This document shows, piece after piece, positions 9,430-20,100 of a DNA stretch of 64,000 nt. Origin of the DNA: Candidatus Cloacimonadales bacterium (GTDB lineage Bacteria > Cloacimonadota > Cloacimonadia > Cloacimonadales > JAFGVF01); NCBI GenBank assembly GCA_963663475.2, contig CAXXJV010000001.1, positions 2,831,422 through 2,895,421 on the forward strand. The letters are read 5' to 3'. The position numbers were made by a program, and so were the translations under genes. Under the pieces are notes generated by a model that saw only the letters and a list, made by a program, of their open reading frames with translations, had not been told where the DNA came from and made no database searches. Each line of letters begins with the position of its first letter. The first letter of the stretch is position 1.

Positions 9430-11505
9430 TTATTCCTCCCTCTTCCCACCGGCAAAGACACTTAACTGAGCTTCAATGAAGACAGGTCTTTTAGTATTTG
9501 GAACCACATGATCAGCTGGTACACCTTCCTGTCTCATAACTTGTTTAATAAGGACATCACAAGTTTTAGCTCCACAAGGTCCCATACCAGCTCTAGTAAT
9601 AGCCTTTATTTGATTTATATCATAGATACCTTGTTTAATTAATTCTCTTACATCTTTAACCTTAACCCTTTCACACAAACATACCATTCCATCATCTTCC
9701 ATATTAGGAACAATGGCCTTATCTAAAGGAGCAGAGATTGCTTCTTCTTGAATTCTAAAAGATGCTACTTGCTTAGCTACTTGTCTATCTACTTCAATTT
9801 TTACAGTTTGTGTTTTTTGTTTAGGGAACATTTGCACACTAATCACAGGGTAATGACCTAGGGTTAGTCCGTCAATATTATTAACTTCTACAATATCGCC
9901 CTCTTTAATCATAAAGTTACCAACTTCATAAGGAAGAGTAATTAGAGGATGGTCTTTATCTTTTCGATAATCAACTAAAGTTATTGCTAAACCAGGGCAG
10001 ATAGTAACACATTTGCCACAACCAATACAATTTTCTGTATAGTAAGGAGTTCCCATTAAACCACCATCATCTATTTTTATGGCATTTACAGGACAAACAG
10101 TAGTACAAGGATTACAAGGAATTTCTTGTAAGCAGTGAATAATAGGCATGACACCTTCCTCACTATCACTATAATTATAGCCTTTAATTTCACCTGGATG
10201 AGATTTAAGTAGTTCGGCCTTATCATACCATTCTTGAGGAACATCAGCTACATCAGCCCCCATCTCTTTGCAAATCTTTAGACCAACAATCTTACCATTG
10301 AACATAGCAGAAGAAGCTTCAGCTATTTCAAAAGCATCACCAGCTGCCATAACAGGAAGTCCTGCTTGTACTGCTTCTTGAGTAAATTCATCAAGAGAAT
10401 CTAAGCCCACTGCCATTAAAATTGTATCACAGGCAAATGATTTTTCAGTTCCAGGAATCTGTTGAAATTTTTCATCAACTTCTACAATAGTAATACCTTC
10501 AACAGTTTCACTACCATTAGCACTTAAGATACTATGTGAAGTATAGATAGGAACACCTAATCTAGTTAATTTATCTGCATGAACCTTATAGCCTCCACAA
10601 CGTGCTGCAGCCTCTACCAGACCTACAACATTAATACCAGCCTGTAGGGCATGATAGCCAGCTATTAAACCAACATTTCCACCACCAACAATAAATAATC
10701 GTTCAGTTGGTTTAACTAAATCTCTATTTACTAGGGTTTGGAAGGCTCCAGCACCATAGATACCAGCTAGAGTATTTCCGTTGAATCTTAAGAACTTTTC
10801 TCTAGCTCCTGCTGCATTTAAAATGAGTTTAGGAGTTACGATTTTGTATTCATCTTTTTTAAGTACACCAACTTTTTTATCACTGAAAACAAACAAGACT
10901 GTACTTTCTGTCCATATTTCGATAGACTCATATTGAGAAACTTCTTGAGCAAGAATCTTTCCAATATCATTACCTCTAGTTCCAGCTCTTGAATCAGCTT
11001 GCGAACCAAAGAACTTATGTGTTTGAAGTACTAGTTTACCTCCTAGTTCTTCTTTATCGTCAATCAAAAGTGCTTTAATATTTCTTTTCCCCATTTCGAT
11101 AGCAGCTGATAGACCTGCTGGTCCACCACCAATTATTAAAACTTCTGCTGGGATTTCTTCAATGTCAGACATTTGGATAGGCTTAGTATCATTAGGTAAA
11201 TCTGGTAAGCCTTCTGCACTTTCAACAATCATATTCTCCTTAACAGGTGTCATACATGATTTAACAGGAATACCATTAGCAATGACAGTACATTTAGCAC
11301 ATTGTCCATTAGCACAAAATATTCCTTGGGCAGTATTATCTGCATGGTGATGTCCAAAGACGCGGATGCCGTTTGCCATGAGAGCTGAAGCAATCATTTC
11401 TCCCCTACGAGCACTAAGTGGTTGTTTATTCCAATAAAAAGTAACAAAATCGTTAATTTCCGGCATATCAAGGACCGGATGGTTTCTGATGCGTTGTTCA
11501 ACCAT
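9430..11505 (-). CDS. Sarcosine oxidase/proline dehydrogenase alpha-like subunit (2Fe-2S, FAD, 2x4Fe-4S, BFD-like domains)
   Basis: GIFCANGQCAKC, IGGGPAGL, CNPCTTVCP, CIGCGKCVTICP, CLCERV...GMGPCGAKTC. Confidence 0.88.
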   Translation of the reverse strand: MVEQRIRNHPVLDMPEINDFVTFYWNKQPLSARRGEMIASALMANGIRVFGHHHADNTAQGIFCANGQCAKCTVIANGIPVKSCMTPVKENMIVESAEGLPDLPNDTKPIQMSDIEEIPAEVLIIGGGPAGLSAAIEMGKRNIKALLIDDKEELGGKLVLQTHKFFGSQADSRAGTRGNDIGKILAQEVSQYESIEIWTESTVLFVFSDKKVGVLKKDEYKIVTPKLILNAAGAREKFLRFNGNTLAGIYGAGAFQTLVNRDLVKPTERLFIVGGGNVGLIAGYHALQAGINVVGLVEAAARCGGYKVHADKLTRLGVPIYTSHSILSANGSETVEGITIVEVDEKFQQIPGTEKSFACDTILMAVGLDSLDEFTQEAVQAGLPVMAAGDAFEIAEASSAMFNGKIVGLKICKEMGADVADVPQEWYDKAELLKSHPGEIKGYNYSDSEEGVMPIIHCLQEIPCNPCTTVCPVNAIKIDDGGLMGTPYYTENCIGCGKCVTICPGLAITLVDYRKDKDHPLITLPYEVGNFMIKEGDIVEVNNIDGLTLGHYPVISVQMFPKQKTQTVKIEVDRQVAKQVASFRIQEEAISAPLDKAIVPNMEDDGMVCLCERVKVKDVRELIKQGIYDINQIKAITRAGMGPCGAKTCDVLIKQVMRQEGVPADHVVPNTKRPVFIEAQLSVFAGGKREE

Positions 11506-11598
11506 AAATTTCTCCTAAAATTGGATTCTATAAAGCAAAAATTACTTCTTCTTATTAAAGTGTCAAGCGGAAAACATAATTTACTGTCAGATATTTAA

Positions 11599-11759
11599 CT
11601 CAGGTAGTCTAGTAGAGCTTTAGTGAAGCGTGCAGATTATTCTAGCAAAATAGCTTACAGAATTTTTAAGCATATATTTTATATATTCGGAGAAATTATG
11701 GATCTTACTTTTGCTGAAGAATATAGTGTTATTCACAAAGGTCTACTGCATTAATGGGC
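11599..11759. mobile_element. Family A MITE-like element, full length
   Basis: Same core as copies at 14514, 39579, 40675, 51546; flanks TTTAA/TTTAG. Confidence 0.85.
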
Positions 11760-11801
11760 TTTAGTTTCAATAAAAAAATTAGCTGACTTTCTATTTATTA
11801 C

Positions 11802-11830
11802 TTGACCAAATTTTGCTAATATCATAACTT
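11802..11830 (+). promoter_or_regulatory. sigma70-type promoter for 2-oxoacid oxidoreductase operon
   Basis: TTGACC-17 nt-TAACTT. Confidence 0.5.
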
Positions 11831-11877
11831 TATATTAAGAATATATAATGGAGCCAAAAAGAAATTAAGGAGGTACA

Positions 11878-13584
11878 GTGGTACAAAAATTTGAAGATAA
11901 CTTAGTTCTTGTTCTTGCAGGACAAGCTGGCCAAGGTATTCAATCGATTGAGAGTATTTTAGCAAAACTCTTGAAAAGAAGTGGCTATAACTATTTTTCA
12001 ACTTCAGAACTTATGTCAAGAGTCAGAGGTGGAATTAATTCTACTGAGATAAGAATCTCTTCTAGACCTGTTGCTGCTTTTCTTGACCGTATAGACATAT
12101 TATTTCCTCTTCACAATGATGGAATAAACCACCTGCAAGCGAGAATAAGTCCAAATACTATTGTAATTGGAGAAAAAGATAAAATAGATTATGAAGATAT
12201 CATAGATGTAGAGTTTACTCAGATAGCCAAAGAAATTGGAAATGCTATTTATTCCAATAGTGTTGCTGCTGGTTTTATATGTGGACTTTTAAAAGTAGAT
12301 TTAGCTGCCTGTCAGGAGTTTATTCTAGATTACTTTTCAGATAAAAGTGGAGATATTCAGCAGAAAAATAAAGAAGCCATTACTAGGGGTTATGAACTAG
12401 TTAAGAACTTTTCAAACATTGATATTGATATTGCGAAATCATCGCAGGTTAGCCAGCATCTACTTATGAATGGAGCTGATGCAATATCTTATGGAGCCCT
12501 TGCGGGAGGATGTAATTTCATCTGTGGTTACCCTATGTCTCCAGCTACTGGTATATTGCAAAACATGGCATGTCATTCTCAGAAATTTGATATAATAGTT
12601 GAACAGGTCGAGGATGAGGTTGGTGTTATCAATATGGCTCTGGGTGCTTGGTATGCAGGAGCTAGGGCAATGACAACTACTTCAGGTGGCGGAATGGCTC
12701 TAATGAGTGAAGGAATTTCATTATCTGGTATGGCAGAATCTCCTATGGTAATCCACTTAGCTCAAAGACCTGGACCTGCTACAGGCCTAGCAACACGTAC
12801 TGAACAAGGCGATTTAAACCTAGCCTTATATTCTGGCCATGGAGATTTTCCTAGAATCATATTAGCTCCAGCATCTTTAGAAGATGCTTTTTATCTCACC
12901 CAAAATGCTTTTAATTTAGCCGACAAATATCAAGTCCCTGTCTTCATCTTAACAGATCAGTACTTCATGAATAGTAAATACAATACACCTGCTTTTGACT
13001 ATGCTAGTCTTAAAATTGAAAAGCAGATAATTGAGACAAGCGAAGATTATCAAAGATATGCTTTTACTGAAAATGGTATTTCGCCTAGAGGAATTCCTGG
13101 GTATGGACAAGGAAAAGTATGCTCAGCTTCGAATGAGCATGCCCAAAGTGGACATATTACAGAAGATGCTGAACTCAGAGTTAAGATGACTCAGAAAAGA
13201 TTAAATAAACTAGAACTTATCAAGGAAGATATTGTAAAGCCTACATTAATCGGTCCTGATAAATACAAGTTTCTTATTGTAGCTTGGGGTTCAACCTTTA
13301 ACATAATTAAAGAAGCTATTAATAATTTAGATAGAGATGATATTAGCCTCTTACACTTTTCTTGGATTTATCCACTAGCCGATAATCTAATTGATTATCT
13401 ACAAACTGCTGATCAAATTATTGTTGTTGAAAACAATGCTACAGGTCATTTTGCACAGTTGATTCAACTTTCTACTGATTTCAAAGTTAAGGACAAAATC
13501 TTGAAATATAATGGCAGATGCTTCTCTGTAGAAGAAGTTAGCAAAGAGATTAAGGCAATAATTAATGGAGGAAAACATGCCTAA
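11878..13584 (+). CDS. korA: 2-oxoacid:ferredoxin oxidoreductase alpha subunit (fused gamma)
   Basis: GQAGQGI, SRVRGG, GYPMSPAT, EDE, TTTSGGG, QRPGPATGL; GTG start after AAGGAGG. Confidence 0.9.
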   Translation: MVQKFEDNLVLVLAGQAGQGIQSIESILAKLLKRSGYNYFSTSELMSRVRGGINSTEIRISSRPVAAFLDRIDILFPLHNDGINHLQARISPNTIVIGEKDKIDYEDIIDVEFTQIAKEIGNAIYSNSVAAGFICGLLKVDLAACQEFILDYFSDKSGDIQQKNKEAITRGYELVKNFSNIDIDIAKSSQVSQHLLMNGADAISYGALAGGCNFICGYPMSPATGILQNMACHSQKFDIIVEQVEDEVGVINMALGAWYAGARAMTTTSGGGMALMSEGISLSGMAESPMVIHLAQRPGPATGLATRTEQGDLNLALYSGHGDFPRIILAPASLEDAFYLTQNAFNLADKYQVPVFILTDQYFMNSKYNTPAFDYASLKIEKQIIETSEDYQRYAFTENGISPRGIPGYGQGKVCSASNEHAQSGHITEDAELRVKMTQKRLNKLELIKEDIVKPTLIGPDKYKFLIVAWGSTFNIIKEAINNLDRDDISLLHFSWIYPLADNLIDYLQTADQIIVVENNATGHFAQLIQLSTDFKVKDKILKYNGRCFSVEEVSKEIKAIINGGKHA

Positions 13585-14437
13585 TAAATTTGATTTTGAT
13601 AAGAAGATTGATTTTTCTTGGTGTCCAGGTTGTGGTAATTTTTCCATCCGAAAAGAATTGCTAACTGTTCTTGAAGAAATGAATATTGATAAAGATAAAC
13701 TTGTCTTAGTCTCAGGAATTGGGCAAGCTGCTAAGATGCCTGAATTTGTGAATGCAAGTTTCTTTCATGGTTTACACGGACGTGGCTTACCTCCTGCAAC
13801 AGCAATTAAGGCTAGTAATCCAGACCTCACGGTTTTAGCCTTTGGAGGAGATGGTGATATGTATGGAGAAGGGGGAAATCACCTACTTCATACAAGCAGA
13901 AAGAATCCAGATATCACCTTGTTTGTACATGATAACATGATATATGGGTTAACTAAGGGACAAGCCTCCCCTACTTCCAGCCTAGGTATGAAAACGCCTT
14001 TACAGGTCTTTGGGGTTGCAGACCAACCGCTTAACCCACTAGCCCTAGCAATTTCTCTTGATGTTTCTTTTGTGGCTAGAGCCTTTTCAGGACATTTCAA
14101 ACAAACTCAAGAAATCATGAAACAAGCAATAGAGCATAGGGGTTTTGCTTTAGTTGATATTTTCCAACCATGTGTTTCTTTCAATAAGATAAACACTTAC
14201 AAGTGGTTTGATGAAAACACCTATTATCTACCTGAGGATTTTGATAATTCTAATAGGGTTAAATCATTCGAAAAAGCTCTCGAAAGTGATCCTTATCCCT
14301 TAGGAGTTATTTATAAAAGTAAACATAGAAAAACTTTTGAAGAAAATCTTCAAGTATATAAATACAACAAATTACCCCTTTATAAAAATGAAATCAATAT
14401 GAAAAAAGTAGAAGAAGAGATACTTACCAAAAGATAA
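13577..14437 (+). CDS. korB: 2-oxoacid:ferredoxin oxidoreductase beta subunit
   Basis: WCPGCGN, HGLHGR, GGDGD TPP motif, YGLTKGQASPT; ATG 13577 after GGAGG. Confidence 0.9.
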   Translation: MPNKFDFDKKIDFSWCPGCGNFSIRKELLTVLEEMNIDKDKLVLVSGIGQAAKMPEFVNASFFHGLHGRGLPPATAIKASNPDLTVLAFGGDGDMYGEGGNHLLHTSRKNPDITLFVHDNMIYGLTKGQASPTSSLGMKTPLQVFGVADQPLNPLALAISLDVSFVARAFSGHFKQTQEIMKQAIEHRGFALVDIFQPCVSFNKINTYKWFDENTYYLPEDFDNSNRVKSFEKALESDPYPLGVIYKSKHRKTFEENLQVYKYNKLPLYKNEINMKKVEEEILTKR

Positions 14438-14500
14438 ATAATCAATAGATTAGGCTCAAGTTTAAGCCTAGTGGGATAAATTTAGTATAATGAGAATTTT

Positions 14501-14769
14501 GGCTCAAGTTCAACCCAAATGGTGCAATAGAGCTTTAGAGAAGAGTGCTAGATTCTTTTAGCAAAATAGCTTACAGAATTTTGACGCATATTTTTTATAT
14601 ATTCGGAGAAATAATGGAAGTTACTTTTGCAAGAGAATATAGTGCTATTCTCAAAGAACTATTGCATTATTTGGGTTCAAGTCTGGTGAGAAGAATATAG
14701 GAAATTGAGAATATTTCATTAAATTTCTGATTTACTTGAGTTTTTTTCCACCAAACTTGAACTTGAGCC
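14501..14769. mobile_element. Family B miniature element (ISL3-like ends), ~102 bp, interrupted by a family A copy
   Basis: Left GGCTCAAGTTCAAGTCTGGTG (after removing insert), right CACCAAACTTGAACTTGAGCC. Confidence 0.75.
14514..14675. mobile_element. Family A MITE-like element, full length (162 bp)
   Basis: CCCAAATGGTGCAATAG...CTATTGCATTATTTGGG with exact TTCAA duplication at 14509-14513 and 14676-14680. Confidence 0.9.
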
Positions 14770-14793
14770 ATAAATATTACATTAACTACTAAA

Positions 14794-15462
14794 TTATAGA
14801 CCTAAGTCCCTAATAATTTTCCACACTTCAGAGAAGCATAACCTGCAATCAGATTCTTCAACTATACCCTTCTTTATCTGCTTAGATCGAGATAAACAGC
14901 TTTTCTCAGCATTAATACAAGCTTGTTGCAAATTATTCTTAGTAATAGAATAAATTTTCCCCTTTCCTTTTTGATAACTAGAAATATATTTATTTAAATC
15001 TCTTTCGTGATTCCTACACTTGTCACTTGTGTTGGGACTTGATTCATAATGATACAATAACCATGTTTCAAAACAGATATAAGACTCAACAGGGACAACA
15101 GCTCGAGCCATCAGCTTATTTCTCTCATCAATGTAATTAATCATTTGTTTTTGATTGATTATACAGTCTAAGTCAAGCACGAAATACACTTTTGTATTGT
15201 CATCAATATTATATTCATTAGATTTTCTTAAAATACTTTTCCAATTAGATTTATTAGAGAGTTCAGGTTTAATTCTTATTCCTTTCTCTGCTTCCCTATT
15301 AGCTAATTCAGTGAAATAGTTTTGTTCGGTCTCTCCCTCACAAACTATTATGACAACAGATTGTTCCGCTCTTGTTCCTTTAGCTTCAAAAGTTGATTTA
15401 TCTTTCTTAATTTGGGGAAGTTTTCTCTTTTTTTCCGCTCTTGTATTTCTTTTTCTTGCCAT
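14794..15462 (-). CDS. rloB: RloB-family protein (AbiLii-like)
   Basis: IIVCEGETEQNYF, VYFVLDLD, S..CFETWLLYHYE. Confidence 0.88.
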   Translation of the reverse strand: MARKRNTRAEKKRKLPQIKKDKSTFEAKGTRAEQSVVIIVCEGETEQNYFTELANREAEKGIRIKPELSNKSNWKSILRKSNEYNIDDNTKVYFVLDLDCIINQKQMINYIDERNKLMARAVVPVESYICFETWLLYHYESSPNTSDKCRNHERDLNKYISSYQKGKGKIYSITKNNLQQACINAEKSCLSRSKQIKKGIVEESDCRLCFSEVWKIIRDLGL

Positions 15463-15467
15463 AAAAA

Positions 15468-16787
15468 TTAGTCTATAGTCTCTACTTGTTGTTTAATATT
15501 AGGAACAGCTCCATAGTTTCCTATCAAGTACTTCTTCATCACATTTTCTCTCTTTAAGTTATTAAAATCAATTAAACTGAAAAGCTCTGTTTGCCCAGTT
15601 TCTCGTTTTTCAGCAAACCAGATAACATCATAACGCATAATATCCCAGGCTAAAAATAGTGGGTTATGAGTAGTAACTATAAGCTGAGAATCTGAACTAT
15701 TCTTTAAGAACATTAATAAAAGAAGTTTCTGTAAATCATAATGAAGAGAGTTTTCTATTTCATCGAATAACATTAGCATCGACTCTTTATTAGATATATA
15801 AAATGGCGCTAATAAACTAAAATAACGAAGAGTACCATCAGATTCTTGATTTGAACTAAACTGTTGAAGTATTTCAGTATCACCTTTTTTTACAGTATGT
15901 TGAAAATTTAAATCATATTTATTTATAGTCTTTATTTTGTCTAATGCTTCAATCAGTTCAGTATCATTATCTTTTTTTGCGAAAAGATTATATACCTGTT
16001 TAGTGAAGACATCAATTTCCTTCTGCTCTTTTTCTATCTGAATATTAGAGATATTGAAATCAGCATTTATCATAAGTTCTTTAAATTTCCCTAGTAATGT
16101 CTGGTTCTTTTCTAGAAAATCAACTGTAAATTTGAGGGTAGATGTTCTATTATCAATAATCATTGAGCTTCTACTCTTATACCATTCCCAAACATTTTTA
16201 GCATGTTCAAAGAGTGGATTAACTCTATTAAAAACAGATAAGATTGTATTATGTTTAATAGTATTTGCTAAAATTACTTCTCTGTCAGCTTTGGATAGGG
16301 ATATAGTTGAGCCAACTTTCAATATCATTCCTCTCTCATTATCATCATCTTTTGTCCTTTCAAACACTAATGCTGGTTGTATTGAAGGATAGTATTCTAA
16401 CTTCTCTTTATAAATTTCTTCAGATGTAAAGTTTATTTCATATTTATAGCGAATATAATTATCTACTTTTTTTACTAAAAAATTAGCTTTTAGAGTAGAT
16501 GGTTGATTCGTGAATACTGGGTCTAAAAGAAAAGGCTTGCTATTAATTTCTTTGTCAATATCTCGCTTATCCAGAATCAATTCATTCAAAAGAGAAAAAC
16601 ATTTTAGTATATTTGTTTTACCAGAAGCATTTGCTCCATAGATCATTAGCATTTTAAGTAATTTATACTTACCAATTTCTACTACAAAATCTTTCTCATA
16701 GTCCATTATTTTATGGTAAGCTTCAAAACTAAAGGTTTGTTCTTTACCAAATGAAAACAAATTTTTTACTGATAGATCTATGTACAT
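15468..16787 (-). CDS. AAA_21 ATPase (RloA/AbiLi-like)
   Basis: IYGANASGKTN, ESDGT, DEIENSLH, QLIVTTH, YL.G.YGAVP; start ATG 16787 after GAGGT. Confidence 0.9.
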   Translation of the reverse strand: MYIDLSVKNLFSFGKEQTFSFEAYHKIMDYEKDFVVEIGKYKLLKMLMIYGANASGKTNILKCFSLLNELILDKRDIDKEINSKPFLLDPVFTNQPSTLKANFLVKKVDNYIRYKYEINFTSEEIYKEKLEYYPSIQPALVFERTKDDDNERGMILKVGSTISLSKADREVILANTIKHNTILSVFNRVNPLFEHAKNVWEWYKSRSSMIIDNRTSTLKFTVDFLEKNQTLLGKFKELMINADFNISNIQIEKEQKEIDVFTKQVYNLFAKKDNDTELIEALDKIKTINKYDLNFQHTVKKGDTEILQQFSSNQESDGTLRYFSLLAPFYISNKESMLMLFDEIENSLHYDLQKLLLLMFLKNSSDSQLIVTTHNPLFLAWDIMRYDVIWFAEKRETGQTELFSLIDFNNLKRENVMKKYLIGNYGAVPNIKQQVETID

Positions 16788-16808
16788 TTTTACCTCTATT
16801 TCATATAT

Positions 16809-16852
16809 TTGCAATTTTATGCATAATTTAGCAATTATAATGTGTATGTCAA
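16809..16852 (-). promoter_or_regulatory. Promoter with overlapping palindromic operator candidate
   Basis: TTGACA at 16852-16847, TAAATT at 16830-16825; TTGCAATTTTATG|CATAATTTAGCAA imperfect palindrome (10 of 13 positions). Confidence 0.5.
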
Positions 16853-16873
16853 GCATTATCTTCATTTAATTTA

Positions 16874-16960
16874 ACCGAATGGTCCAGTAGAACTTTGATA
16901 ATACTTCGCTAAAGCTAGGTATCACAGGTGAAGAGTGCTAGATTCTTTTAGCAAAATAAG
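16874..16960. mobile_element. Family A element, left half (subtype with extra stem-loop)
   Basis: CCGAATGGTCCAGTAGAACTTTG-ATAATACTTCGCTAAAGCTAGGTATCACAG-GTGAAGAGTGCTAGATTCTTTTAGCAAAATA. Confidence 0.8.
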
Positions 16961-16984
16961 TTAAATTTTTCATATACATAATAA

Positions 16985-17046
16985 CCCAGGGTTGCAATCA
17001 CTTCAGGATTTTACCCTGGGCTAATCTATTAATCCCCGATGGGGAT
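16985..17046. repeat. REP-like double hairpin
   Basis: CCCAGGGT...ACCCTGGG plus ATCCCC-GAT-GGGGAT. Confidence 0.55.
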
Positions 17047-17135
17047 ATTATTATGGATAATCAGACTAATGAAAAAAATTATTAATGTAATAATATTCTT
17101 CCACTAGACTTTAGCCACAAAGAACTTATTATTTC

Positions 17136-20100
17136 TTAATCACAATAAGCTTGTATCTTAAAGAATATTTTAGGTAATACAGATCCTATATTCTCAAATA
17201 TATACTGATTATCATAGGTTGAGTCATAATAGTTTGACCCATCAAGTTCAAAATCAGGATTTTCAGAGACAAAAATATCATAAATTACATCATCAATACT
17301 ATTGCCATTAGTATCTTCTATCACAGGATCCCAGGTTAAAATCAAGCTATCTTCCTGCCAAGTAAGGGTAAGATTCTCAGGTTTCCTAGGTTTAGCATCA
17401 CTGCTTGTAGTGAAGGTAATCTCATCAGAAAAGGTCATATTACCAGCTATATCCACAGCTGCCACTCTTAGATAATACTGGGTATTAGCTTGTAGATTAA
17501 CAAGATCAAAGATATTCAAATTAGAACCCACTTGTCCTAATTGTGGATATTGATCCCAAGAAACATAATTAGATTCTGAATTTACTCCAGGCTGAAAGCT
17601 GAAGTAAATCCTGTAACCGAGAAAGTTATCATCACCACTAGGAGTCCAACCTATTTGAACCGTACTTGTAGTAGTAAGTCCTAAGAGAAGGTCAGATATA
17701 GCTTGTGGGTAAGAAGAATCAATGTTAAGTATCCAATCATCTTCAATCCCTTCAATCTGATTACTTCCTGTATAAACATAGCCAAAACCATCAATATCTT
17801 TAGCACGAAATTCAAAGCTAAGATTTGTTCCATCAATTAAATAATTTGCTATAACAGATACATTTAGAAGATAGTCACCTTGGGGAGTCATATTTCCAGA
17901 CCTATTTCTAAGTAGACTTGATTCTCTGGCAAAAGCATCCAGCCATAGTTCATCTTGATCATACAAGCCATTTCCATTAGCATCAATCCTATATTGAACA
18001 CTACTAGGGTCAATCCCATAAGCATCAATTATCTTGCAAGAGAGGTTAACCTCTTGACTATTTAGATAAGGCAGAGGTTGGATTTGAGCAGGCTGAATAT
18101 CAGAGAAAACTGGTAATTGACTAGGAAGCACATTTGTAGCAATGTTAGATAATTCACTTGCATTTCCTGCTTTATCAATAACCAGAATAGCAAACCAGTA
18201 TCTTTGATTTTCTTGTAAGCCAGCAATTGTAGTTGAAGTGGTAGAGTTGATACTTAGATTTGGATCAGAATCTGAAGAAAATAGATAATCCTCACTTGTG
18301 ATTAGTGGACTTGCAGAATAATAAATCTCATAACTTAAAAAATCATCTGCTAAGTAAGGAGTCCACTCCAAGCTAAGAGAAGTAGAATTAACTTCAGTAG
18401 TAGTTAAATCTTCAATACTAGCAGGAGCTTGACTATCAATATTGAAAGTAAAATCATCTTCTATACCAGCTTCATTAGCAGAACCACTATAAGCAAAGAG
18501 AGAATTTTGACTATCATAACATTTTACTTCTATTTTGTAGTTAAGTCCATCATTATCAACAGACAATGGTAGCTGGATATCAAGTTGAGAACTATTGAAG
18601 TAACCACTTATAGCTTGCCAGTCTTCCTCAAGATCATAAATACCATTATTATCAGCATCAAATCTATAAAATAAACTTGTTGCATCAACCATCACATCAT
18701 CAGTAACTATAAGAGAAATAACTGGATTAAGAGTCGAGAAGTAATAGTCTTCTTGGGTAACGAAAGTAATATTTGGCTTACTTGTAGGAGTGGCTGCAAT
18801 AATTTCAGACCATTCAGAGACATTACCACTCACATCGCTAGACCTAATAGCAAAATAGTAAGTTTCATTATAGTTGAGGTTACTTATGCTAGTTGAACTT
18901 GTTTCCTGAATATAGAGATCACCATCATTTAAACCATTCCAGATAAAGACTTGGTCAGTTAGGTCAGGTCCATCCATTACCGCTATTTCATATTGATTAA
19001 AGAAGTTATTTTCAATAGGAGTCCACTGAAAACTAAGATTATCACTAGTAGCATTAATAAGGTTAAGATTAGTTACAGGAGCAGGAGGAAGATAATTGCC
19101 CACTATTCCGGTAAGCTGAAAATTATCAATTTTCCAGTAGTTAGAAGCTAGGGTTGAAGAAGTATATTGCCATCTAAATCTAACATCAGCATTGTTAGCA
19201 ACTTGTGGTAATTGGACACTATAGCTTGCTGTAGAACTACCTGTGAAGCTTTCTATATTATAGTAAGTAAAGCCATTAAGTGAATATTGTAAGATTGCAG
19301 ACACACCAAAAGGTAAATCATATTCTTGGTCAAAAGCTAATTGAAGCTCATAAATACCTGAGAGATCATATGATTTACTAGTTAGTCTTTGTGTTCTTGA
19401 TATACGTGGATTTAAAACTCGCATAGCATAGTCATCAGTAAAAAAGTTTACAGCTTGCCAAGATCCACCACTAGCATTCCAGCCAAGAGGTAAAGAACCT
19501 GCATGGTCAAAATCTTCAAGTGCTTGATAGCCTGCTTGCACCCTAATAAGCATTACTTGGGATACTGATTGATTATATTCATCACTGGCTGTAACAGTAA
19601 CTCTTTGGACACCAACCCAAGCAGGATTAGGTGTAATCTCAAATGAATCATCATTATAGCTAATACTAATATTATGGTTACCAGTAAAGGAATAAGTTAA
19701 CTCTGAATCAACATCTGCAAAATAGGAGCTGATTGATTCCAAAATAAAACTAGAATTCATTAATACTTGAATTTCTGAGAAAGAATTGAGAATTACAGGC
19801 CCATCATTAAGAGGATTGACCATAATGTTTAGGTCAAGAGTAAGACTTTCATTCATACTAACTTGATCATTTACTATCTGGCCATCAAGATTAATAACTT
19901 GGTCTTCCTCAACTCTTAATACTATATTTTCTTGTCCAAACCAATCTTCTTGAGGAGTAAGTGATAAGATATTATCAACTATTTGACAGGAAATATGTTC
20001 ATTGCCTGAAATAGAATATGTTAGCAGGTTATCAACATCAAAAAAATAGTCATTGAGATTAAGAGAATATTCTTGGTAATCTTCATCTATTTCAATCTCA

